Source: Escherichia phage ZX4221
DNA length: 64,000 nucleotides
Sequence record: OR498728.1
Reading direction: 5' to 3' (one strand)
Part shown: positions 40,916 to 49,550 of the stretch, piece after piece
Position numbering within the stretch: position 1 is the stretch's first letter
Layout: every line of letters starts with the position of its first letter
Program-made: the position numbers and the translations under genes
Notes under the pieces: generated by a model
What the model saw: only the letters and a program-made list of their open reading frames with translations
Databases searched by the model: none
What the model was told of the DNA's origin: nothing

Positions 40916-41283
40916 AGTGGCTAGAGGAAGCTTTTAAAAATAATATTGGTGCAATTGTAGTTGGTATTTTTAGTGTTATTGGGATGTATACCACCATGCA
41001 AGTCTCGGATGGTAAGCAAGAAGTGTCTGTCACAACAAAGTTACAGCAGCTAGATAATTATAGCAAATCTAATTACTCAGCTATTCGTGATTTACAGTCT
41101 GACATGAGACTGATTCAGCTAGGGATGGAGAACCAGAAAGTTCAGTTAGAGAATGTTAAGGGTGAGAATGCAAAACTTACTAAGACTCTTGATAAATTCT
41201 CTGACAGTGTGAACAATCTGGCTCAATCAGTATCAGCCTTGCAAGCTATTACTGAAAAGAACACAAAGAATACTGAAAAATAA
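40912..41283 (+). CDS. membrane-anchored coiled-coil protein (spanin- or holin-like candidate)
   Basis: One N-terminal TM (IGAIVVGIFSVIGMYTTM) followed by heptad-like Q/L/N-rich sequence. Confidence 0.4.
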   Translation: MKWLEEAFKNNIGAIVVGIFSVIGMYTTMQVSDGKQEVSVTTKLQQLDNYSKSNYSAIRDLQSDMRLIQLGMENQKVQLENVKGENAKLTKTLDKFSDSVNNLAQSVSALQAITEKNTKNTEK

Positions 41284-41290
41284 AATTTAA

Positions 41291-41315
41291 GGCTCCTTTT
41301 TACGGGAGCCTTTTT
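41291..41315 (+). terminator. Terminator at convergence point of rightward and leftward modules
   Basis: GGCTCC-TTTTTAC-GGGAGCC hairpin followed by TTTTT. Confidence 0.65.
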
Positions 41316-41318
41316 GTT

Positions 41319-42218
41319 TTACTTGCCTACTGACAGAGGTGCTTCAATCTTACCTGCATGTTGGTAGTTATTAATCCCACCAATAAAATCACTTGCTGTA
41401 AGATGTTTTAAGTCACTTAAAGTGTTAAGTGAGATACCAATCTCAAAAGTTGGTGCATGGAACTCTTCATTGTTCATCAGTTCATAAACCTGTTTCATAT
41501 GGTTCTGATAAATCTGAGTATCTCCAAAGACACCTATCAAGTACCGTGGAGTGTATCCAGTCATCTTACAAAGAACTTCCAGAATAAAACCGTAAGATGC
41601 AATATTAAACGGAAGTCCTAAAAAGGTGTCTACTGAACGTTGATACCATTGTAAGTCAACTTCACCCTCGTTAGTGATATAAATCTGAAACAGAACATGA
41701 CAAGGTGCTAAAGCCATTGAGTTTGCTGCAATATCTGCTGCATTCCAAGCATTAACAAGCATGTAACGGTCTGTGATATCACCCTTCATCTTCGCTACTA
41801 AGGTCTCTAGTTGGTCTACAACACAACCATTATGACCTTCAAAGTTTCTCCACTGAACTCCGTAGATTCTTCCACCTGCATCTTCTAACCAATCTTGTTC
41901 AGAGGAATAATTAGAGCTTAACCAGCGTTTAAAATCGTCTGACCAGATTGTCCAGCGTTCTCCATCATTTTCACCCCAAGTACGGTAACGGAGTTCACCC
42001 AGCTTATTCTCACCGTTCAGAAACCATAAAGCTTCACCGATAACTTGTCGTGTAAACACCTGTTTAGATGTTAAGAGTGGGAAACCAGTTCGCATATCAA
42101 AACGAAACTGAGGTGGAGCAAATGCAGAGATAACATCTCCAGTTCGTGTAGTACGCAGTTCACCAACTGATAAAACATGGTTCAGAATATTTTTGTAACT
42201 TGTATCTGCTTGTGACAT
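41319..42218 (-). CDS. thyA: thymidylate synthase
   Basis: ALAPCHVLFQIY ... QLYQRSVDTFLGLPFNIASY matches the ThyA active-site region (E. coli ALAPCHAFFQFY ... LYQRSCDVFLGLPFNIASY). Confidence 0.9.
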   Translation of the reverse strand: MSQADTSYKNILNHVLSVGELRTTRTGDVISAFAPPQFRFDMRTGFPLLTSKQVFTRQVIGEALWFLNGENKLGELRYRTWGENDGERWTIWSDDFKRWLSSNYSSEQDWLEDAGGRIYGVQWRNFEGHNGCVVDQLETLVAKMKGDITDRYMLVNAWNAADIAANSMALAPCHVLFQIYITNEGEVDLQWYQRSVDTFLGLPFNIASYGFILEVLCKMTGYTPRYLIGVFGDTQIYQNHMKQVYELMNNEEFHAPTFEIGISLNTLSDLKHLTASDFIGGINNYQHAGKIEAPLSVGK

Positions 42219-42219
42219 A

Positions 42220-42765
42220 TCAAAAGTGTCCTTTTACTTGTGGTGTATAGATATCAAAAGTTGCTTTTCCATCTGCTGATGGTCTTGACTGAATCTTAGC
42301 GAAAATTTTACGGTCATGCAACTTGTCAAAGAAGTTCTCAAAAGGTAGATACACAGTTGCCTCTTCAGTAACTTCATGGAAAACTGTATGGAACACTACA
42401 TCAGCATATGGTAAAGCACTGACAAGGATACCTGCACCACCAATTACGAAAACATCCTCTTCAATATTACTATCAAGATACTTTAAAAATGCTCCAAAAG
42501 AGTCTTTATGAGCTTTAGCAAACATAACATCATCTTTACTAAAATCTATACCGTAATAAGGCACAGAGTTTGTCAAGATAAGATTTTCACGTTCAGGTAA
42601 AGGTTTACTTCCCAGAGTCTTGAAAGTCTCGTTACCCATTACTACTAAATTGTCTTTAGTGAGTCTCTTAAACTCTTGCATATCCTCTTTATGTCGAGGC
42701 CACGGCATACCAGTTGGAGTACCAAACTCACCATTTTCACCACTTGCAAAGATTAATTTAATCAT
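42220..42765 (-). CDS. dihydrofolate reductase
   Basis: N-terminal MIKLIFA..NGEFG...MPW...LVVMGNETFKTLG..LPER.NLILT resembles DHFR; immediately upstream of thyA on the same strand. Confidence 0.8.
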   Translation of the reverse strand: MIKLIFASGENGEFGTPTGMPWPRHKEDMQEFKRLTKDNLVVMGNETFKTLGSKPLPERENLILTNSVPYYGIDFSKDDVMFAKAHKDSFGAFLKYLDSNIEEDVFVIGGAGILVSALPYADVVFHTVFHEVTEEATVYLPFENFFDKLHDRKIFAKIQSRPSADGKATFDIYTPQVKGHF

Positions 42766-43022
42766 TTTGTAAACCCTTTCTTAATGAACCAGTTGATAAC
42801 ATTCTTCACAGCTTTATTGCTATGGTAGATTAAGTGTGGCGTAGGCTGGTATGAACCATAAGCCCAGAAAGCAATAACTTCACTACACCCTGTACACCTT
42901 GTACTCTCTTCAGCAATATGACCGTTGACTATTTCACTTACCTCACCTTGTAAGTCTGTGCATCCACAATGTGGACAACGGATAGGTGCTCCGTCAGACT
43001 CATAGCAGTGTTCAATTTTCAT
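42762..43022 (-). CDS. zinc-ribbon protein (86 aa)
   Basis: CPHCGC ... CTGC cysteine pairs. Confidence 0.5.
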   Translation of the reverse strand: MKIEHCYESDGAPIRCPHCGCTDLQGEVSEIVNGHIAEESTRCTGCSEVIAFWAYGSYQPTPHLIYHSNKAVKNVINWFIKKGFTK

Positions 43023-43538
43023 TTATTTAACCTCAAAAACTGGTTCAAGAACCAATATAAAATCTACACAGTCATCTTCTTCATCCAGAATACCATCAAA
43101 GTTCTTAGGAACGAAGTCGAAGAGGCTCATAACAAAACAGTCAGAAGTAACCCTGATAGTTCCTCCCATGTTCTCTACAGTCAACACTGTACGACTTTCT
43201 TTTACCTCTCTCAGAAGATTACTCACAAAGTCATCTAAGAAGTACTTCATCAGTGACTTAAAACCTTTAGGGTAATCTGTACCAGAGTATGTTTCAATCT
43301 GGGGTACAAGCTTAACATTTATACTAGTCTTTGTTAAGAATGTGCTAGAGAACATGCTATCAGGTAACTTACAAACAGTCTTTCCAGTACCTTCATGCTC
43401 AATCTCAACAAAACCAGCTTCGTCGCCACATGTAACTATTTTAAAAGATGCTTCATTCTCATACTGTGAAGCCATAAACTTTTTAAGCATCACTTTAAGG
43501 AAATCTGCATGAGCATCTTGTAAGTATATATCAATCAT
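43023..43538 (-). CDS. hypothetical protein (171 aa)
   Basis: ORF-track ORF. Confidence 0.5.
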   Translation of the reverse strand: MIDIYLQDAHADFLKVMLKKFMASQYENEASFKIVTCGDEAGFVEIEHEGTGKTVCKLPDSMFSSTFLTKTSINVKLVPQIETYSGTDYPKGFKSLMKYFLDDFVSNLLREVKESRTVLTVENMGGTIRVTSDCFVMSLFDFVPKNFDGILDEEDDCVDFILVLEPVFEVK

Positions 43539-43551
43539 AGTTAATCACCTA

Positions 43552-43911
43552 TTATGGGAACAGACACTTGATGTCATCGTTTTTAAAAACAAAACTTGTG
43601 TAGTTGTGACCGTCAACATCCAGCCAAACCGCCTGAACATCTACACCATCAAGATTGTGGTGAAGCTCTTTGATGAAGTGGTCTTTCACAATCTGACTGC
43701 TGGTTGTTTCCAGCTTAATGTTTGAGATTGCTGAACCTACAGCCATATAACCCATGACGCGTTTCTTCTCAGTATGCTTAATCTTACCATCTTTGTAGGC
43801 CATAATGAGATTGGAAAGAATCTTCACACCATAATATTTTTCAAGGTGAGTCGGTACACCATAAAAACCTAATGCGAAGTTTTCAGAGTGGATAATGTTT
43901 TCACGTTTCAT
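43552..43911 (-). CDS. hypothetical protein (119 aa)
   Basis: ORF-track ORF. Confidence 0.5.
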   Translation of the reverse strand: MKRENIIHSENFALGFYGVPTHLEKYYGVKILSNLIMAYKDGKIKHTEKKRVMGYMAVGSAISNIKLETTSSQIVKDHFIKELHHNLDGVDVQAVWLDVDGHNYTSFVFKNDDIKCLFP

Positions 43912-43912
43912 A

Positions 43913-44242
43913 TTAATCTGCCAGCCTTAAATTAAAATTAACACCAAATTTTTCGCATACTTCCAACATATACTCAAGGGAGACATTACCAGTGAGGTGG
44001 ATTATGTTGGATACACGAGCCTGAGAGATACCACAAATTTTAGCAACTTGCTCTTGGGAAAGACCTCTGGATTTAATCTCTCTCTTAAAACGATGTGCAA
44101 CGAAATCTCTCATTTCGTCTACATCCATTGGACAAACATAACTCTCCATTTCAGCCTCTCTGTCAGCCTCCCAATCATCTTGTGGAGCATAAGGGTCAAA
44201 AACCTCATTCATCTTTCTTCTTCCGTTTGCGTGAAGTATCAA
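43913..44242 (-). CDS. helix-turn-helix DNA-binding protein (XRE-like)
   Basis: GLSQEQVAKICGISQARVSNI is a typical HTH signature. Confidence 0.6.
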   Translation of the reverse strand: MILHANGRRKMNEVFDPYAPQDDWEADREAEMESYVCPMDVDEMRDFVAHRFKREIKSRGLSQEQVAKICGISQARVSNIIHLTGNVSLEYMLEVCEKFGVNFNLRLAD

Positions 44243-44417
44243 TCAATGAATCTATGTTTGTAGCCCTAACCTTTTCACGTTCATCGTTAAGATAATCATC
44301 AAGAGCCTTTTCAATCTGTGAATCATCTTGACAGATAACTGTAAAGACTGTAAAGCCATCTGTATCGTCAATTATCTTACCATAACCGCTTCTGGGATGT
44401 AACTTTTTAAGAGCCAT
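44205..44417 (-). CDS. hypothetical small protein (70 aa)
   Basis: ORF-track ORF. Confidence 0.4.
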   Translation of the reverse strand: MALKKLHPRSGYGKIIDDTDGFTVFTVICQDDSQIEKALDDYLNDEREKVRATNIDSLIDTSRKRKKKDE

Positions 44418-44418
44418 A

Positions 44419-44802
44419 TTAGATACCTGTGCAGCTTCTGTTTTCTAAGAAATATTCAACACCGTACATAGATTTTTGCATCAAATCTTCTTTAAACTGG
44501 ATACGATGGTTGAGCATAGCCTGTACATCAATATCGTCATGGTGCTTCTCTTTAATATTTGCAGATTGCAGGAAATACTCTGCAAGAACACGATACTGAT
44601 AGTCAGTCACCTTATCTGTCATCTCTGTCAAAGACTCTTCAGAGATTGGTTTAAGTAGCTCACCATTAGCTAGGGCAACACCTTTTACAATCTGGCAAGT
44701 GTCTTCTGGAACACCTGATAAGTCCACATTTGGAAGTTCTGTTGCATTGACTGGTAAATTCATTGCCATAACCATTGCAGCAGCTAATAAAATCTTTTTC
44801 AT
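44419..44802 (-). CDS. secreted/periplasmic protein with N-terminal signal peptide
   Basis: MKKILLAAAMVMAMNLPVNA then polar sequence. Confidence 0.55.
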   Translation of the reverse strand: MKKILLAAAMVMAMNLPVNATELPNVDLSGVPEDTCQIVKGVALANGELLKPISEESLTEMTDKVTDYQYRVLAEYFLQSANIKEKHHDDIDVQAMLNHRIQFKEDLMQKSMYGVEYFLENRSCTGI

Positions 44803-44917
44803 AATGACCTCAAAGTTATATTAAATTTTGTATTACATTGAGTATAAAAATAAGCTATAACACCTGACTTGTCAACAGACTTTATAGCTTATTTGGCAGA
44901 TTTTTTATAAGGTTACT

Positions 44918-45291
44918 GCCATCCTTCCATACCAAACCTCACCTGACCTCGCCTAACCCTACCTTACCCCACCATACAGCACCTTATTAAAACACCCTGT
45001 TTAAAGACCTTTTAAAAAGGTAAGTCTCATTTTAATGTAGCTGAGACTAACTACCCATACCTCACCCTACCAGACCCTACCAGACCAGACCTTACCCTAC
45101 CAGACCCTACCGAACATCACTTAAAAACCCTCTTAGAAGACTCTTAAGTGATGTAATCGAATTTTAATGTAGCTCCGATTAACTACCCATACCTCACCTC
45201 ACCCAACCATACCATGCCTTGCCAGACCGCACCTTACCTCATTAAAAGACCCTCTTAAAAGACCTTTTAAAAAGGAGCCTCCGAAGAGGCT
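44918..45291. repeat. Composite intergenic repeat block I: three units of a pentamer-periodic CC tract (NNACC)n plus a conserved hairpin module
   Basis: Tracts such as ATACC TCACC CTACC AGACC CTACC AGACC AGACC TTACC...; conserved modules TTAAAAGACCCTCTTAAAGACCTTTTAAAAAG, GTCTCATTTTAATGTAGCTGAGAC and ATCACTTAA...TTAAGTGAT recur here and at 46428..46730. Confidence 0.7.
45265..45291 (-). terminator. Rho-independent terminator downstream of CDS 45303..45743
   Basis: Minus strand AGCCTC-TTCG-GAGGCT hairpin followed by CCTTTTTAAAAGG. Confidence 0.6.
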
Positions 45292-45302
45292 ACCTAGTCA
45301 AC

Positions 45303-45743
45303 TTAGAAAGGTTTTCTACGTTGCTTGTTAATGTTAGCTTTCATAGCAGCTAAATGGTTTTGCTGTTCAATCAGTCGTGAACGTTCTTGATGACTAAGCG
45401 CCATAGTGTTCACATTCTCAATTGCTTGAGTGGCTTGCTTTAAAGCTCGACCAATCTTACCAGACATTTTGCGTTTTGCAATAGTTGCTTGATGCTTAGG
45501 TTCAACCACACGATAACCAACACCCATTGAAGCAACCAGGTAAATCTTCTCTTCTTTAAGAAGCTTTTCAATAAACTTCTCAAGTCGGTTTAGACGTGTA
45601 AGTGCATAAGCCTTCATTTCATCTTCGTACTTAACAATGTCACCTTGATAAGTTGGCTTCACAATACCTAAGAAGGTGTCCATCTCGGAATGTGATACAG
45701 TGTCGCCGTAACTAAACTTTGCTGCTAATGCTTTTGTATTCAT
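45303..45743 (-). CDS. hypothetical protein (146 aa), cassette gene 2
   Basis: ORF-track ORF; flanked by the composite repeat blocks. Confidence 0.5.
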   Translation of the reverse strand: MNTKALAAKFSYGDTVSHSEMDTFLGIVKPTYQGDIVKYEDEMKAYALTRLNRLEKFIEKLLKEEKIYLVASMGVGYRVVEPKHQATIAKRKMSGKIGRALKQATQAIENVNTMALSHQERSRLIEQQNHLAAMKANINKQRRKPF

Positions 45744-45745
45744 AA

Positions 45746-46351
<606 letters not shown>

Positions 46352-46427
46352 TTAGTTGATTGTTAAGTTGTTTGTAAAGAACCCTCAACAGAAGACTCTT
46401 TAGAAACTTGGTAGATTTTTAACGTGG

Positions 46428-46730
46428 CTACTACCATCCACCCACACCGTGCCACACCACACCACACCATACCCAACTCCACCTAATCCTACCACACCTT
46501 ATTAAAAGACCCTCTTAAAGACCTTTTAAAAAGATAAGTCTCATTTTAATGTAGCTGAGACTAACTACCCATACCGAACCTCACCGCACCATACTACACC
46601 TGACACCACCTTACACCACCGCACCATACCTGACCGAGCTACACATCACTTAAAAACCCTTTTCAAAGACTCTTAAGTGATGCTGGTGAGTACCCGTTGG
46701 TTTATGCTGCTCAGTATACTCACCAAATTT
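46428..46730. repeat. Composite intergenic repeat block II: two units of the same CC-tract plus hairpin module
   Basis: CTACCATCCACCCACACCGTGCCACACCACACCACACC... tract and the same hairpin modules as block I; ends with inverted repeat GGTGAGTA/TACTCACC. Confidence 0.7.
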
Positions 46731-46736
46731 TCTATG

Positions 46737-46925
46737 TCAACAAATTTCTAATAAAGTTTTATGAAGATTTTGCTTAACAACCCGCCTCACATGCCTGTGC
46801 TCTTTCTTAATAAAGAGTGACCTCTTCTTGATAGAGCGCCTATTCTTGTAAGTGTTGCTAGGGTACTTATCATGAACCGGACAACAACTACCCGTATTTG
46901 TAAACTTGATAATCTCTCTTTTCAC
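46737..46925 (-). CDS. hypothetical small basic protein (62 aa)
   Basis: ORF-track ORF; Arg/Lys-rich. Confidence 0.35.
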   Translation of the reverse strand: MKREIIKFTNTGSCCPVHDKYPSNTYKNRRSIKKRSLFIKKEHRHVRRVVKQNLHKTLLEIC

Positions 46926-48061
46926 TATTCATAATCCCTAATAACTAGCCCGACAGGGAACTGTAAAGAACCCTTACGAGTCATCTTCTGGAACTGTACT
47001 GTTAAAGGCTTCCCGATAAACTCATCAGGATGCTCAGCAAGATACTGTTTCTTCTCATGAGTAGTCTTCCATGAGACATCTACAAAGACGTTAGGAAGAG
47101 TCTCTACAACGAACTTACCGTGGCCACGCTTATCAGTCTTTACACCAGTCACTTTAAACTCTTCAGTGTGCATCTTCTTATGCTTAATCAAGAAGTATGA
47201 ACGGTGACCACACTCGTAGAAAGATTCTTCAGAGATTGAGCGGTACATTGCACCTTCAAACTTAGCTTCAACCCACTTATCATGAGCTTCATCAAACTCT
47301 TCCCAAGAGTTAACACGGATAGTCTGTACAGGAACAACTCTACAGGTATCACCAAACTCAACAATGGGTGAGTTATCAATAACTTCACGACGCTCAGGCC
47401 AAGTTTTTGAATTGTCGCAGATATCATACCAGTAGAACTTAAGAAGGTGACGGTCTGGATTGTCAGCATTCTTAATCATAGACACAATATCTTCTAAGTC
47501 CCAACCATGAGCATAAATCTCACCATCAAAGTCTTCTACTTGTGGATGCAATTTAAGCAACAAAAGCAAATCTGGGATTAGTTCTTCTGGGACGTTGTAA
47601 ATAGTATTCTCACGAGAATAAGCCGTGAAGCTAACTAAATCAGCATCTCTTGAAATTCTACAACGTACACCATCAAGTTTTGGTTGAGCATCAGCAGGGA
47701 ATATTAAATACTTTGCATGACTCACCTTTGCAGCATCATGAGCAAGCTGCACACCTACCTTCTCAGTATTCTGTGCAGACTCTTTTGTGTAAGCATAACC
47801 TTTACGGTCAACTTGCTTTTTATACTTAGCAGCAACTTCAAAGAGAGCTTGCTGTTCAGCGTTACGCTCATTCTTTTTACCGATGTTTTTAGGTTCTGCT
47901 GTATACTCTTCAAACATCATCTTGCCATTTTCTTTACCGTAGGTTGTAATAACTTTGTCACCTACAGCAACACATGACCAGACATTGAAAGAGCCATCTT
48001 TATTTTGTTTGTACAGTATTGTCATTTTTAACCTCTGAGTGATACCAAGTGTAACAAGCAT
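46925..48061 (-). CDS. ATP-dependent DNA ligase
   Basis: KxDG adenylation motif (PKLDGVRC) in a 378 aa protein. Confidence 0.8.
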   Translation of the reverse strand: MLVTLGITQRLKMTILYKQNKDGSFNVWSCVAVGDKVITTYGKENGKMMFEEYTAEPKNIGKKNERNAEQQALFEVAAKYKKQVDRKGYAYTKESAQNTEKVGVQLAHDAAKVSHAKYLIFPADAQPKLDGVRCRISRDADLVSFTAYSRENTIYNVPEELIPDLLLLLKLHPQVEDFDGEIYAHGWDLEDIVSMIKNADNPDRHLLKFYWYDICDNSKTWPERREVIDNSPIVEFGDTCRVVPVQTIRVNSWEEFDEAHDKWVEAKFEGAMYRSISEESFYECGHRSYFLIKHKKMHTEEFKVTGVKTDKRGHGKFVVETLPNVFVDVSWKTTHEKKQYLAEHPDEFIGKPLTVQFQKMTRKGSLQFPVGLVIRDYE

Positions 48062-48218
48062 TACATGCGTAAAGCTCTAAGTCATTTTTATCTGGTTTAT
48101 GGAAACAGTTTGACCCACAACGACACCGGAATAGTTTACCATCAACACGAAGAATGAATGTTTCAAGCTCACCATCTTCTGTAAGAACTGCGTTCTTAAA
48201 TTTATCTTCTACAGTCAT
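48000..48218 (-). CDS. hypothetical Cys-rich small protein (72 aa)
   Basis: CRCGSNC ... CNAC cysteine pairs. Confidence 0.4.
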   Translation of the reverse strand: MTVEDKFKNAVLTEDGELETFILRVDGKLFRCRCGSNCFHKPDKNDLELYACNACYTWYHSEVKNDNTVQTK

Positions 48219-48520
48219 TTTCTCTTACCACCAATCTCTACGTCGATAACTTGAACATCGCCAGCAACATCAAACTTATGAATGATGCTTTCCACAGTGT
48301 AAGTCCAACCCCCAATGCGAACCAACTCACCTTCTCGTGGGACGATTGGATTACGTTGAGCTACGGTTGTAGTGGAGTGAACAACATCATAACAGTAGAT
48401 ATAGTTTACTAGGACTTCCATCGTAAAAACCTCACTCAATAACCGTAGTATGTGATTGACTATTTTTATCATATCTATAAGATGTTGTTGTTTGAGAGTT
48501 TGGACATCTGACAACAACAA
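48215..48520 (-). CDS. hypothetical protein (101 aa)
   Basis: ORF-track ORF; start probably internal as it overlaps the next gene. Confidence 0.4.
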   Translation of the reverse strand: MLLSDVQTLKQQHLIDMIKIVNHILRLLSEVFTMEVLVNYIYCYDVVHSTTTVAQRNPIVPREGELVRIGGWTYTVESIIHKFDVAGDVQVIDVEIGGKRK

Positions 48521-48668
48521 TATCTGTGCTTATTGCATCACCATTTAACTTATAGACTTTGCAATCTTGCATCTCTGGTGGGAGGCTATAAGAAGCGTTT
48601 TTGTCCTCGTAAGAGGGATTACAGCCAGATAGAAAAATAACACCAAGCGCAATTACTACTTTCCACAT
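48432..48668 (-). CDS. putative lipoprotein (78 aa)
   Basis: MWKVVIALGVIFLSGC: signal peptide with lipobox-like LSGC. Confidence 0.5.
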   Translation of the reverse strand: MWKVVIALGVIFLSGCNPSYEDKNASYSLPPEMQDCKVYKLNGDAISTDIVVVRCPNSQTTTSYRYDKNSQSHTTVIE

Positions 48669-48855
48669 AATACTTCTCCTATTTACTGTTCACGATGTTC
48701 TACTTCTCTGTACGTTCGTCGATAGTTTATAATAAGCTGTGCTAATTCGTTGCTTTTAACATCTGAACGTAGCAGTTGCCAATCAAAACCTTTACCGACT
48801 CTTCCATATAAACTAAAGAATTTTACTTTGCGTTTCATTTTGGTGTTCCCAATAC

Positions 48856-49083
48856 TCAGAGGTCAACGCTAATACGTTCACCCTTAAGGACTCCTGTACG
48901 GTCTCTTGCAATCTTACCGTCAACAATAAGGATATGCGCAGACTTTAAAGATTCACTATTAAAACCTTTTACGAACTTACTAGGCATCACCACAATAAGC
49001 ATCTCTTGAATCAACTCTGGAGTGTAGCAATTATCGTGAAGTTGCTGAATAACGTCTGCAAGTGTCATTTTTGATGTCTCCAA
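48856..49083 (-). CDS. hypothetical small protein, paralog of 49271..49489
   Basis: Shared C-terminal pattern (I/F)(V/A)(D/G)GKIA(R/K)D(R/K)TG.LKGER(I/V). Confidence 0.45.
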   Translation of the reverse strand: METSKMTLADVIQQLHDNCYTPELIQEMLIVVMPSKFVKGFNSESLKSAHILIVDGKIARDRTGVLKGERISVDL

Positions 49084-49274
49084 TATTCAATATCAATAAG
49101 TTCTTGTGCAATGCTTTTCAGATTACCTTTCAAGAAAACCTTCTCAGAACCTGAAAGAGATGAATTGTCAATTAACCTGTTCATTCTCTCAAACAACTTC
49201 TGCTTACGGTTCTTGATAGTTTCCTTTGAAGCACCTTTCATCATCGCTGCATGGGTTCTTCCACGGTGGCTCAT
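49065..49274 (-). CDS. hypothetical small protein (69 aa)
   Basis: ORF-track ORF between the two paralogs. Confidence 0.4.
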   Translation of the reverse strand: MSHRGRTHAAMMKGASKETIKNRKQKLFERMNRLIDNSSLSGSEKVFLKGNLKSIAQELIDIEYWRHQK

Positions 49275-49489
49275 AGTAAACTCTCAATATTTACACGCTC
49301 ACCTTTTAAGTAGCCTGTCTTATCTTTTGCGATTTTACCTCCAGCAATAAAGATATCTACTCTACGTAGAACTTCAGGGTTTACCTTCAAATTCCTACAG
49401 CTACTGCAAAGAACAATAAACATCCCTTCAATCTCTTTTTGAGAATAACCTGCACATTGCAACTGAACTTCAATCTCTGAAAGTGTCAT
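49271..49489 (-). CDS. hypothetical small protein, paralog of 48856..49083
   Basis: See paralog. Confidence 0.45.
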   Translation of the reverse strand: MTLSEIEVQLQCAGYSQKEIEGMFIVLCSSCRNLKVNPEVLRRVDIFIAGGKIAKDKTGYLKGERVNIESLL

Positions 49490-49550
49490 GTGACCTCCTA
49501 TACAAGATATAGTATAAGGTACTCTTCCATGAGCACCTTGTCAATACTAA

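Noticed and set aside
44847-44875. Minus-strand sigma70 promoter for the secreted-protein gene (TTGACA on the reverse strand at 44870-44875)
   Set aside because: The best -10 candidates (TATTTT/ATTTTT) are weak, so it is not reported as a feature
44918-45255. CA-rich tracts as protein-coding low-complexity sequence
   Set aside because: No ORF >=60 aa spans them on either strand; the minus-strand reading GGTAGGGTCTGG... contains frequent TAG stops
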